A stretch of DNA of 64,000 nucleotides from Paraspadella gotoi (taxonomy: Eukaryota; Animalia; Chaetognatha), in contig CM119270.1 in assembly GCA_051294375.1 (NCBI GenBank), positions 3,542,672 through 3,606,671 of the forward strand, in the 5' to 3' direction. The notes beneath the pieces were generated by a model. It saw nothing but the letters and a program-made list of their open reading frames with translations. It was not told the origin of the DNA and ran no database searches. The translations under genes and the position numbers were made by a program. This document shows positions 1 to 12,935 of this stretch, one piece after another. Numbering within the stretch: position 1 is the first letter of the stretch; the number at the start of each line of letters is the position of its first letter.

Positions 1-737
1 CAATAATGCGGAAAAATTTATTTGCTGAAATGCGTTTGTTTATTTATTTTTTTTTGGGGGGGGAAATATAAAAACGTCGATTTTTCACTTTTTGAATTTT
101 TTTTTTAAATCCCGAAGAGACGAAGAGGAAGTTAAATTTTGGTCGGTCGTTCTTTTTTTACCATAGCAATGACTTTAATTTTGAATGCAAGGTTTAAAGA
201 AATAAACCAATCTCGATATTTTATATAGATTATTTAATAAAACCTGAGTAATTAGGAATTAATTCTTCGAAAGAAAAATTTTCGGAAAAAAATCGAGAAA
301 AAGAAATCCTGAAAAAAATCTGAAATTAAAAAAAAGGTAAAGAAGATTCTGTAATTTTTTTTTGTTTACTCGATTGCGAAAAATTTACTCCGTTTTATGC
401 TGATGTAGTTATTTGATTGGTAAACTTTTTTTGCGTTTTATTGGTTGGCATCCCGCAATTGGTGAAGCAGCGAAAAAAATAACAAAAAAATAGTTTCTTA
501 CTTTCAATACAATAACCAGGAAAACCATAGTTTAACTAAGTTATAAAATAGAATGACTGACCAACAATAATAAGTATATAATAATAATACAATATAATTA
601 TATATAATATAATAATAAGTTCTCAAACGAAATGCCAGAATGCTGCGCCTCACAGTATTGACAGAATTATCTCACTGTTTCGCTCTTGACTCTGTTTTCT
701 GCTCTCACCTCTATTAGTGAGAAAAAACTCTTACAAA

Positions 738-776
<39 letters not shown>

Positions 777-1510
777 CACGACGACGACCACCAAGGGAAA
801 ACCGCGCAAAGAGCGAATCTATTCCGAAATCTTCTTGAGCTAAAAATAGCCTCCACCCCATGCACCATAATGTTGCGCACAATGCGCAGTTTCTTCTCCC
901 CTCACTCTCTTTTTTTTTCAATTCGCTCATTGGTTTTTGTTAGACTTAGATTAATTATAAATATGTTTTTTATAGTTTAAGTTAGTGCAGAATGAAGAAA
1001 CTGATAAACTGATAAAGATGAAAGGAAGAGAGAAAAAAAAACGAATATAAAGTCAGAAAAAAAATCAAATGAGCGTCGATTCGTCTTTGTGAAGTGAAAG
1101 ATGAAACGTGAGAGTATTTTCACAGGAGACGTGAAAGTTAAAGAAAAGAAAGAAAGAAGGAAAGAAACAGAGACAGATAGAGAGAAAAAACGAAAGAGAA
1201 AAAAAAAGAGGGAAGGAAAATAAGGAAAGAAAGAAAGAAAGAAAACCGGAAACAGGAAACAAAAAAATAAATAACAAAACAGAAAAAAAGAAAAGGAAAG
1301 AGCGGAAAAAAAAAGGAAGCAAGAAAGGAAATAGATAAAGAAAAAAAAAAGATAAAAAAAGGAAAGCGAGAATGAATGGTGAAAGCCTTTTATGCAGTTC
1401 AACTTTTCGAAACGAGGTCGTCATTTTCTTCTTGTTTTTTTTTCTTCTTTTTTTCTTTCTTTTTTTTCTGACTTCGTCCTCCTTCAGGTTTTTCTAGTCA
1501 GAAAACGATT

Positions 1511-1651
<141 letters not shown>

Positions 1652-1894
1652 CAAACTTCCCTCGAAATGTATATCGAATTTAAAATTTCCATTCGGTCGA
1701 CGATTTTTATGGAGAAAAAAAATATATAAGGAAAACAAACTCGATATATGGAAGTTTAGTTTCATTTTTTAGAAAAAAAAATAAGAAAAGAAAGAAGCAT
1801 AATATGAAGGAAAGAAAGTGAGAGAAGAATGTCAGAGGAAGAAAAGAGGAAGAAAAAGAAGAGAAATTTAATGATTCCATTTCGGTGTCGAATT

Positions 1895-2026
1895 TTATGA
1901 AATTGGTACAACCAATATAAAAATTATCCATTCATTTAATAAATAAGCTATCTTGCCCCTGACTTGGGACAGGCTTTGGTGGTTAAAGGCCTCCATCACT
2001 CTTACAAGATAATGACATAGCAGGTC
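1895..2026 (+). repeat. Dispersed repeat, copy 1 (also 20812-20926; partial at 38101-38166; inverted fragment at 56620-56646)
   Basis: ttatgaaattggtacaaccaatataaaaattatccattcatttaataaa..cttgcccctgact..cactcttacaagataatgacatagcaggtc is shared between copies. Confidence 0.85.
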
Positions 2027-2126
2027 CCTGCAAGCTTTCAATCAAGACTCTCTCACAGTCACAGTCACAGTCACATATTTTTATTATTTTTTATAAGATG
2101 ACAATAAATTTAAGGAAAAAAATACA

Positions 2127-2353
2127 ATTAGGGTTAGGGGGTAGAGTTGGAGGGATTAGGGATTAGGGTTAGGGATTAGGGTTAAGGATTAGGGATTAGA
2201 GTTAGAGATTATGATTTGGGTTAGGGATTAGGGATTAGGGGTAAAGGATCAGTTTAGGGTAAAGTCCTATGTTTTGGAGTGAGGGTTAAAATTAAGTTAA
2301 AATTAAGTTCTAAGATTATGAATAGAAATGGAGCGCTCTCGGAAAACAGTGCC
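2127..2353 (+). repeat. Degenerate (A)TTAGGG array ending in the MITE TIR
   Basis: gggattagggattagggttaggg.. followed by aaatggagcgctctcggaaaacagtgcc. Confidence 0.75.
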
Positions 2354-3084
2354 GAAGAGTCTAGTGTATTTAACGGATTTAAAGTCTAAAAAATATTTTA
2401 CATTTGGAATAAATCGATATTTTATGAATTCAAAAGAAAAAAAATTCTAAAGTAAATTGTGAGATTTCGGTCGCTTTGACCCATGAGATTCAAAATATTT
2501 TTTTGTTTTTTTTACAAAATAAAAAAAGATTTAAACAAGTTTGAGCAAACAATGTCGGATCTGCCATACGTCAATTAATTAATTAATTGATTAATTAATA
2601 ATTAATATTGATAATTATTAATTAATAGATATTAATAATTATGATTAATTAGATTAATAATTGATATTATAATTTACTATTCAGCTTGTCATCATCGATG
2701 TCCTTAAATTGAGTCAGGACAGTTATTAAATGTTTTGTTTTACATTTTATCAAAACAACAAATATTCCTCTATTATCGAGCCAGGCGGCAAAAGCCCGTC
2801 CTGTCTCAGATTTTTTTCTGTTTAGCTTTCGGTCTCGCTTTTTGCAATCATGGCTTCTGAAAGTGTGATATCATAGGGATTGAATTTCATATATGCTTCT
2901 AATCATCAAGATCTTTTAAAATTCTCATGTTTCATATCAATATGGTATTTGGTTTATGTTTTATTTACAAAACAAAAGTGTTTAATTATTATGTCGCTCT
3001 CTCTCTCTCTCTCTCTTTTCTCCGTCACTGCTTCTTCTAGAAACGAGTTCCGGTCTTGCAGCGTCTTCCAGCTTTCTTTCTCTG

Positions 3085-3135
<51 letters not shown>

Positions 3136-3173
3136 CAAAAAATTTTTAAGTATAATGTGGGTTCACTAATGTA

Positions 3174-3258
3174 AAAAACGATGCCGCGACAGGGCGCGAA
3201 CCCGGGTCCTTTGGAGTAGAATAGCTCACGCTACGTGCGGCGCCATAAGTACTGCTGA
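3174..3258 (-). mobile_element. tRNA-derived SINE head or tRNA pseudogene
   Basis: Minus strand tggcgccgcacgtagc..cccgggttcgcgccc..gcatcgttttt gives A-box-like, B-box-like and T-run terminator motifs. Confidence 0.55.
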
Positions 3259-3668
3259 TTCTTTAACGAGTAGGGCTGTAGAGCTTCTCTCTCTCTCTCT
3301 CTTTTAAATTATTATATCGCTCTTTCTCTTTTTCTCTGCAGCGGCTGTCTCTCTCCTCTTTTTCTCTCTCTCTCTCTGTCTCTCTGTCTCTCTGTGTGTG
3401 TCTGTCCTATCTGTCCGATCTTTTTGCGTGTCGTTTGTTTTTTGAAAATTCTGTTAATTTTTTTCCTTCTAAAAACTCTTTTATTATTGCCATTTATTCC
3501 GCCTTTTTTTCAATACAAAATCCATATTTTCATCCGAGATTTCGTGGATTTATTCTCTTTCTTTCTTCTCTCGCTCTCTCTCTCTCTTCTCTTTCTCTCT
3601 CTTCTTCTCTCTCTCTCTTTCTCTCTCTCTCTCTTCTTTCACTCATACACGCATTTGTTTGTTTTATT

Positions 3669-3800
3669 GACTATCATCGCATCAATGAATGACATAATCG
3701 CATCAATGAATGACAATCATTTCGCAATCAAATGAATGACTATGCATCACAGCAGGTGAATGACTATCATCGCATCAATTAATTGACTTATCATCGAATC
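3669..3800 (+). repeat. About 21-bp minisatellite (tgactatcatcgcatcaatgaa)
   Basis: About 6 degenerate tandem units. Confidence 0.75.
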
Positions 3801-4149
3801 AAATAATCAATTTCCTTTACATCAATAAAGTACTAATTACATCAAAATCATTAGTTTTACCTCAATCATTACTATAGTACACTCAAACAATGTCGTGTAT
3901 CGCATGAATTCATTCGTATCTTTTTTCCGGTTTTTTATAATTGATTCGTAGTGATAGTGGGTATGGCTCTGCATCTTGAGTCTTTAAGATTTTTTATTTT
4001 TATGTCTCCTTCTCATCGCTCTCTCTCTCTCACTCTCTCTCTTTCTCTCTCAGCTCTCTCTCTCTCTTCCTCTCTCTTTCTGACTTCTCTCTCTCTCTCT
4101 ACTTTTTATGCAATAGCGACGATGCCTTATGCTTTTAAGATTTTTTTTT

Positions 4150-5340
4150 AACTTGCATCATTTTTTTCAACTTTCATAATTAATTTTCAACTTGCATTGC
4201 GTCAAAACTTTATATCTAGCTTATTCACTCCACTTTCTACCGGCTCACAAAATTTCATCTCAATCTATCATGGGTTAAAATAAATAAAAAGATTCAAGTA
4301 ATGTGACTCATATTTTTTTCATTTAAACTCATTTCCACTGGTACGTTTCCACTGAAACTTTATATCAAGGCTTCGTCATACGTTTTCCTACCCACACACA
4401 AAATTTCAACTCAATCTATCCATCCAATTATATTAATTGGAGTAATTTATTGGTTAAAGATAAGTAAAAAGATTTTAGTAAATTCGACATTATGTTTTTT
4501 CCATTTAAACTAATTTCCACTCACACGATTCCATCGAAAATTTTATATTCCAGACTTTATTCACACACTTTCCTACCCACACACAAAAATTTAATTTCCA
4601 ATCCAACCAGCCAATCACGAGTTAATTGGAGCTTTTTGCTAAGAGGGACGTGGATGGACGGATTGAATTGACTAATTAATTAATATTGATTAATTTTATT
4701 TACTAATTGATTAATTAACTGATTAATTATTTTGATTTATTAATACATCCTGCAGATACATTTAATATTCAAAAGGAAAAAGAAAGCATAATCAATTAGT
4801 AAAACAGGTTATTTTGTTTTTTTCCATTTAAACTCATTTCCACTCAAATATTTCCATCGAAACTTGATTTCCTGTTCAATCACACACTTTCCTACCCACA
4901 TACACAAAATTCAGAGTCAATCAGCCTCCACTCAATCGAGCAATTGGTGTTCAAATAGTGAATATATTTTTTTTGTTTTTTTCCAATTTAAACTAATTCC
5001 ACTCGGACGATTCCATCGAAACTATATCCAGCTCAATCACACACTTACCTGATCCACACACCAAAATTTCATTTAAATCCATCCATCCAATCACGAGTAA
5101 TTGGTGTTTTTTTGCTAAGGTGGGACGGAACGGACGGTCGCCGGACGGACGGACGGACGGACGGATCGGACGGACGGAGAGACGGAGAACGGACAGGCCG
5201 GACTCATCATTTTTTTGTGCATAATTTATCATAATTCGATGTTCTGACATGATATAAGTGTGTGCCCGACAATATTGAGGGGGCGGACCGACGGACCGAA
5301 AAAGTGAGTTATAAAAAGTGAGTTATAGAGTCGAGATCTG
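4150..5340 (-). mobile_element. DINE-1/HINE-like (Helentron-associated) element with internal tandem repeats
   Basis: (GTCC)n microsatellite at 5120-5200 on the minus strand, followed by ggatttaaatgaaattttggt and about 5 degenerate repeats containing ttccatttaaactcatttccac / cacactttcctacccacacacaaaatt. Family call is by analogy. Confidence 0.5.
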
Positions 5341-5381
5341 CTGATAAGCAGATCCGACTAAAAAAGAAGACACACAGCAGT

Positions 5382-5413
<32 letters not shown>

Positions 5414-5445
5414 GAGACGAGAGAAGAGAGAGGGAGAGAGAAAGA

Positions 5446-5489
<44 letters not shown>

Positions 5490-5919
5490 GAGAGAGAGAG
5501 AGAGAGAGAGAGACAGCGATAATTTATTTGTCCTTTTGTTTTCACGATTCCGTTTTGTTTACGTTTTGTTTTTTTTTTCCGCTTTTGACTTAAATTGTAA
5601 AATAAGCGTCTTTTCTAATTTCGGGAATTTTTGACCCGAATGTGAATACCGCACGTAGTAGAATTAAATAGTAAATAGAGTTAAATCAAAATTGACCTTT
5701 CCATCTCTCACTATGTTTGTTTTCATTGTTGTTTAATCAGTGAGAGTTGGAATCATACGAGGTAAGTTCATCCAGGCTAGATTATCTTTAGATCCGTGAA
5801 ATTGTTGTGAAGGCCGGACGTTAATTTCTCGCGTTCACGACTTGTGAATGAATCGTTTATAGAGAGATTAATCTATGACAGAAACATGATGAGTGCACAG
5901 AAGAAATACAGCCGTTTTA

Positions 5920-6190
5920 CTGTCATAACGATTGTCATCATTTAAAGGTCAATGTCATCATGATTAGACTCTAAATGTCATTATCATTGTCATCATTTGA
6001 CTGTAAATGTCATCATCATTGTCATGATTTGTCTCTCTATGTCATTTATATTATTTACATTTGTCTCTCTAAGTCATCAAGATTCTAAATATTATCATCA
6101 TTTGTCATGATTTGACGAAAATGAAGAACGAAAATGAAGAAGGAAAATGAGGAACGAAAATAAAGAACGAAAACGAAGAACGAAAATGAA
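5920..6190 (+). repeat. Degenerate tgtcatcat repeats followed by 12-bp gaagaacgaaaa repeats
   Basis: Direct inspection of tandem units. Confidence 0.65.
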
Positions 6191-6903
6191 CTCTAAATAG
6201 TTCACTCGCTCAGCGTTACGTGACCCGTAAGATGCAAATCACGTGAATATAAAAAAAAGTGAACTGGCTCAGCATAGCGCAAAACTCGCGCGACGCGAAA
6301 AAAAAAAGACAAAGTCGCGTCCGCGTGGCGTTGCTAAGCGACGAGGGAAGAGAAAGAAAAAGACCAGACGATAATGTGTAGGGATAACTGATAAGACTCT
6401 TATTAAGTGAGTGAATCCATTTAAGGTCATGAGAAGAGATCAAACAAAAGAAGAACGGAAGGAAAAAGGGGGAAGGAAACAAAAGGGCATTCTGTAGGGG
6501 AGGAGAATAAGAAAGGAAAAGGAGTGAAAAGATAGGAAAAGAGAAGAGAAGAAAATAAAGGAAAAGGAAAAAAGAGGGGAAAAAAATATGAAGCTCAACT
6601 GTTTATTATGCTAAGGAGAGAGAATAAAAATTGAAGGACAAAAATTGACAATTTAATGATTTAATGATAAATTCATAAACATAAATTCAAAGATGGCGGA
6701 TACTTTATTGAAGAACAAACAAAAGACGGTCATAAAAATAAACGGAAATTGTGGAGAAGGAAGAAAAAAGCCGGATATGTCAGTGGAAACCTGTGCGGGG
6801 ACACTGACCACAGACCAGTCATTGGAGACAGCCGTGGAGCACGTGCCGAAATAAGAGAAGGGAAGTGGGGAACAGGGAAACCCTTTCTCTGTTTATAGAT
6901 GGA

Positions 6904-6942
<39 letters not shown>

Positions 6943-6949
6943 AGAGAGG

Positions 6950-6988
<39 letters not shown>

Positions 6989-7518
6989 TAGGAATGCGAT
7001 TGACGATGTGGAAAGTGAAAAAGAGATAAGTGGGAAGAATGGAAGGTAGAACGAAAGAAATAAGGGAGATAAAAAAAAAGAAGAGATAAGGAAGAAATTA
7101 TAGGCGATGATGTTGTGGGGAATCATGAAGTACGAAAGAGTTAACATTAATAATATTATAAAATCAATTTAAAAAGATAAAAAGGATCAATGAAACCGGA
7201 AATAACAGAGGAAGAAAATTATGAAAAGGAAATCTAATTAACAACGAAAGAAAGAAAGGTTTTAATAATAATTTTACATATACCCTTGAAAATTAAATTC
7301 GAGCTTTAAGTCAATTTTTAATTTAAAAAAAAAATATCCTAGTTCATTGACTCCGATTCCTTTCGGTCGAAAGGGAAAACACACGCATTTACGGACAAAA
7401 TGACAAAATTCAAAATATACGGATCCGATAGAGACTCGACAATAGAGACGAAGTTTTATATCGAAAAAATGAAAAATAATCGTTTCGCTTCGATGGCAGC
7501 GACGGCGTCAACGTAGTG

Positions 7519-7561
<43 letters not shown>

Positions 7562-7665
7562 GCATTGAAAATTCGCTTTAATATTTTTTTCTTTTTTCTT
7601 TTTTTTTTTTTATCCTTTTGTCTTTTCGCAAAATTTTACTCGATTTATCACATGCGGGTGGTGAT

Positions 7666-7703
<38 letters not shown>

Positions 7704-8559
7704 TGGCAACAGCGACGCCGACGACGACGCCGACGACGACGACGACGACCCGGATTTCAAAGAGAAACGGCGTCTCTTAGTGAGAGTCAGCCTTCACTCT
7801 GATAGGAGTGGTAAGATTATAATAATATTATGATTACCAGCAATGATATCTTAATTTTCTGATAAGGCGCTGTCCGGAAACGTTATCTCAATTACATTTA
7901 GGGGAGATACACTGAAAGTTACTCTTTGTGAGCTGCTCACCTTGGCTTACGAATTTGATCGTTCGTCGACAGCAATGAGCAATAAGCCAAGAGGAATTAC
8001 GGTCGGGGAGAAAAAATAAACCAGATAAGAATGAGAACAATTTTGTATTCGTCCACATTTGGGCAAAGCGAGCAAAGCGGCCTTGCGTCGGGCAATCGGA
8101 ATTTCTGGACTGGCAAAAATATAAACGAAAAAAACGATAATGACGACGACGCCGACGACGACGACGACGACGACGAAGAAGAAGAAGAAGAAGCAGGAAG
8201 TTGAAGAAAAGAATTTGCTCGAATTTCAAATTTGCCTTCAATGAAAAAAAAAGAGAAAAGATTCGATACTCATATTTTCATGTTTATGCTTTGTCCAAGT
8301 TTAAACTTTGAACCCCCTACTAATAGTAATACTAATACTAATAGTAATACTATCTCGCTTGTCAGTCGTTCTATTAATTAAAACTTGTGTTAATTTGAAA
8401 GCCATGGCAAAGATCTTTCATTTGAGCCCATGACGAGGTTTCTAGGCTAAATGTTATAGAAGCTGTGCTAAAATCAAAAAAAGAATCGAAATTTTATCTT
8501 ACAATTCCTTTTTTTTTCCTAAAAAAATTTCTTAACCAACTTTGTTTGTGTTTTTTTTA

Positions 8560-9105
8560 CCATGAAAACTTCAAAACAGCTTTGGAAGTCGGATTTGTCA
8601 AGATAAAGGATCGCCAAACAGTTGAATTTCTCTCCTACCGCCATCTGCAAAGTTGTCAACAAAATTGAAGCAACTGGAGACCTTGGACGAGCCGTTGGAA
8701 GCAGGTGGCCTTGCATTTCCACGGAGAGCGAGGACGATGATCTGGAAAGTCTTGCAATTCAACACAGTAAGGCTTCTGCGAACCAGTTGAGAAAAAAATG
8801 GAGAGAAGAAAGAGGAATTGTCGCCAGTCATTCAACAATTTCTTGGAGGATGGAGATCCTGGACACTAAGCCAAAGCCACCCAAAAATGGCACGAGGAAA
8901 ACGTGATCAAGGTGCTCGAAGGTTGGCCCGGAAACTGCACTGACTGCAACATCATTAGAAATGTCTGGTCAAGGATGAAAAGGGAAATTTCGCAGTTACA
9001 GTAACAGTAACATTTCGCCCTAACAGTCGACGAAATCAAAAAAATTGTAAAACGCATTTGGCGGGAGCTGATCCTTTAATATTTGCGAAGCCTCTACAAT
9101 AGAGT
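8560..9105 (+). pseudogene. Degenerate, internally deleted Tc1-family transposase
   Basis: HTH-like segment (..AICKVVNKIEATG..SEDDDLESLA..ASANQLRKKW..ASHSTISWR) fused out of frame to KATQKWHEENVIKVLEGWPGNCTDCNIIRNVW, a decayed WP.NSPDLNPIENVW motif. In-frame stops follow. Confidence 0.85.
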
Positions 9106-9129
9106 GGAGCACTGGGGAACATAAATTTT

Positions 9130-9700
9130 ATTTGAGTGAGATAGTATGATTAAGGAGTACAAAAAATATTTTGCTTATATTGTTTGGGGAACAGTATCAT
9201 TAATTACAATATATTTATAGTAATATTCTTATAAAATCATAAATTTTCAAAATAATTTTTTAAAAAATTTTTATTAAAGATTCTGATTCTTCACAAAAAG
9301 TTAGATCAAAAATATAAAATATGTTATTAAAAATTTCAATGTCTTCAGCGTCAAAACTGGAAAAAAGGTCAAATTCTTTACTTTTTTATACTTTGTAGTA
9401 GAAACTATTATATGATGAAACTTTTTAATCATTTTTCGCAGCATTAACCTAAAAATATCATGTAACATATTTTACAAAAGTTTTTCAGTTTTTTCCGGCG
9501 AATCCAAAACTGTTTTTAAAATTAAGAAAATATGATTTGGAAATTTTATGATTTTATAAGGATATTACTATAAAGAAAATTCAATTAATGATACTGTTAT
9601 GCAAATTTTTTTTGAAAAAGGGTTTAATTATTTTTTATTACATATACAAAGGCAGCAAAAAAATATTGTTCCATCGCTCAATCTTTTCATCACTCTACCC
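9130..9700. mobile_element. AT-rich foldback/MITE-like element with long imperfect inverted arms
   Basis: 9190-9260 (aacagtatcattaatt..ttatagtaatattcttataaaatcataa) is the reverse complement of about 9525-9598, with weaker symmetry inside and outside. Confidence 0.65.
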
Positions 9701-10239
9701 TACTCTACAACTCTTTCCCTCGTCTCATGGAAGCGAAATAAAACGCTTTTATCATAACTATTAAACTTTTTATTGACCACTTGTATATTGTTAAATCATC
9801 ATTCTATTTTACTAATCATTGGTTATTAACTTATTATATGTGTTTTATTCGTTTACAACAAAAAGTTGAAACAGTACATTCAAAAGAGCCTACAGCATTA
9901 CAGATAAACGCATAAATTGTACAGTTTACAATTCAACAAAATATAAATATTTAAATTAACCGAACGAGAAAAAAAAAGGAAAACAATTCAACAATAAGCT
10001 GACAAGATATTTAGAATATTGTTTCTAGAGGAAAAAAGCTTGGATTCAAAGTTTTTTGATCTACAAGCAAAAATTTTGTAGATATTATTATAAAAACGTA
10101 AAAACGTAAAAACGTTATTAGGCATTGCCTAGAGTACACTCATTTTGCCGTGTGACTTTGCGTGAGCCTTCCTTGGTATTTGAATTTAGCTAAGACAAAA
10201 TTCTCATCTTCGAAACATAGATTTGAAAGAGTCGTTAAT

Positions 10240-10780
10240 TGGTATATTCAGTCATTTTGTGAATTAAATCTCTTAGTAAATTAAGTCATTTTGTGAATCA
10301 AATCTCTTGTATATTTATTTATTTTCTGAATCCGATCGCTCAGTATATTAAGTCTTTTTGTGAATCAAATCTCTTAGTATATTCAGTAAGGTGGGCCAAA
10401 ATTGAACACTTTTTATAACTTCTTGTTCTCTCAAAAACTTTTTTTTTACTTCTATTACTAATTCGAATTTCAATGCAACTTTTTGAATTAGTTCATTGGG
10501 TTAATATATAACAAATGACAATTTTTTTTTAAAATTTTATTTTTTAAGAACGGATTCCTATAGAGCTTGAAAGGTTAAATGAAAGTTAGTACTACAATTT
10601 TTTTTTAAATTTAGACAATAAATTAGTTAATATTCAGTCTTTGAGTATATTCGATTATTTTCTGAATCCAATCGATTAGTAAATCAAATCATTTTTTGAC
10701 TCAAATCCCTTAGTATTTTACGTAATTTTATTTTCCGAATCAAATATCTTAGTATATTCAGACATTTTCTGAATCAAATG
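10240..10780 (+). repeat. About 33-bp minisatellite (agtcattttgtgaatcaaatctcttagtatattc) split by an insertion at about 10388-10620
   Basis: Repeated units on both sides of an unrelated AT-rich block. Confidence 0.75.
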
Positions 10781-10783
10781 TGA

Positions 10784-10980
10784 GACGTATTTTCTAAAAA
10801 CGCCCCATTTCAGATTAAATTCAGAATACAATAAGTTTTTTTAAGTTTAAAGATTAGTTAAAAGGGCTACAGATTGGGGTTACAGTTTAGGTTAGGGACT
10901 TGGTTAGAGATTCTGATCAATGACCAAGATTAAAGTTTCGGATTTGGAACAGAAATTGGTCGCTCTGAGCAAATAGTGCC
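10784..10980. mobile_element. Short member of the same MITE family
   Basis: Left gacgtattttctaaaaacgccccatttc, right gaaattggtcgctctgagcaaatagtgcc, internal ttaggttaggg. Confidence 0.6.
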
Positions 10981-12703
10981 AGAGATCTCTCTCGATCTCT
11001 CGTTTTCTCACGAAGTCTCTTGTCACTTTTCAACCTCATCCAATCGATCGACGATTTTTAAACGAGAAAACCAGTTATTTTTAAATCCGTCACGGCTTAA
11101 AAAAAAAAAGGATCGTGCGTATTTATTGTTGTATTTACTTTTATAGGTAACAATTTTTTGAAAGAAACCCGTTTTTGGGAAACTTTCTCCTTTGAAAGAT
11201 ATATTATTTCGTACAAAAAAATGTAAAATTCATTTGTGAATACTTACTTGAAAAAAATAAAGGAATAAAGAAAAAGAAAGAGAGAAATGAACAGAGACAG
11301 AGAGAGAGAGAAAGAGGACAGAGACGCAGAGAGAGAGAGACCATCTCAAGTTCTCAACCAGCTGACCGGTTCAGCTTCGTCACACTCTGTCTCTGTTGAC
11401 ACAACTTTTTATGTTAGACTTCCGCTGTGTTTACGATATTTTTTTTTTCTGTTTCCAAAATCAGTAGCAACAAAAATTGGAGGATTTTGTCGTCTTCTTC
11501 TTTGATGTCATCAAACTTCGTGTCATTCGATGCAATGAATATTTCTAGAGATGCGATGAAGCATCCCTTTAAAATTTTCAGCGGTTGATGGATTAATGAT
11601 TCAATTTTTGTTAAATACTACTTTATATATATGATTAAAGCTGATAAAATGCATCTTTTAAGAAAAAAATATGTTACAAAACTGATTTTGAACAAAATAT
11701 TTAAATCCACATTTATTTTACGAACATATTACCGGGCAACGCATCCTTGGACTTAGGATCCATTTTTTCGAATTTTGACGATGTTGCGCGTCTGATAAGG
11801 AAGCCTCTGCTTCTCTGTACGCCTCTCTCATCGAAAAAGATAAGCTGCCACAAAAAACCCAAATTTTAATAAAGTAAAAACAAGAATCGTCAAGTTTACG
11901 GGGTTGCGTTTAAATAAACGTAAATATACGCATGTATTAATAATAATTATATAAACGATTATGTAAATACCCAAGTATAATAAGCCTCTCAGTTTCTATT
12001 ACTTAATTGAAAAGTATTAATTAAATTAAAGTAACCATATGTCTATATTTATAGGTAAACTCATAAGTAAAAAATAGATGAACGATAAGCATTTTTTTCT
12101 AAGTATATATTTAAATAACTCTATAATGTAGGAATTATGCTACATTTTTTGGTAATCACGTGAATGTACATTGTACAAGTAAAAACCATGGACAATATGT
12201 ACTTCACAGTTTATTATTTTACTCCTAAATGTTGGTGGCTTGCATCTAAAGCCGAAACATGTACGTTTTCTATGAAAAATGAAATTCGTTGTAAACCAAA
12301 ACCATTTTGCCCCAACTCCTAAATGTTAAAAATAATATTGTATTTGTTATTAGTATTTGAAATATCCATGTGTGAGACCAACGGATTGACGGCCAGACCG
12401 ACCGAAAAGTTATTTATACATTTTTTTCCGCACAACATCAAAAAAGAAGGTTGGCGAGTGAGGCGGTGAAGGGTGGCGATTAGCGGGGGGGGGTCTGGGT
12501 TCTGTTTGAACTTTTAATCCATTCACCAGATTTTCTGGGCTTCGAATTGAAGAATCGAGATTAAAGAGAAAATTGGGATTTTCATCTTTGAATCGTTACT
12601 CTGGTTACAAGAGAAGCTATCGCATCGAAGAGGCCTTGAGTTGATTATATTTGGAGTTACTGTTGGGAATTATACAAGTTAAAAACCATCATTTATAAAC
12701 ATT

Positions 12704-12935
12704 TGAAGAGACAGTAATTATTGTTATGTGTTAGTGACAGAACCGTTCAATATAAGCAGTCCCAGAGCTTCGGAAGAGCCTGTAACACTGTGTTACAGGC
12801 GGGTTAAACGCCCCGTCCCTTTTAACTGCTCGGCGACCACCGGTCAAGAACCCCGGACCTTTGGGTGAGGAGGCAAACGACTTGTCTCCGGGACCAATGC
12901 CCGCGGATAAACGGTTGGTGGATTTCAGTCCACCA
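12704..12935 (-). mobile_element. 232-bp dispersed element, copy 1 (TG..CA ends, tRNA-like module)
   Basis: Inverted homologue of 36691-36922; flanked by aacatt / tacatt (6-bp TSD, one mismatch). Confidence 0.85.

Noticed and set aside
717-980. Poly-Asp ORFs (also 7618-7833 and GAC runs at 15580-15980)
   Set aside because: (GAC)n microsatellites occur in both orientations across the region; no consistent exon chain found.
2127-2290. True telomere or chromosome-fusion scar
   Set aside because: Short, degenerate and tied to a MITE TIR; similar patches are scattered through the window.
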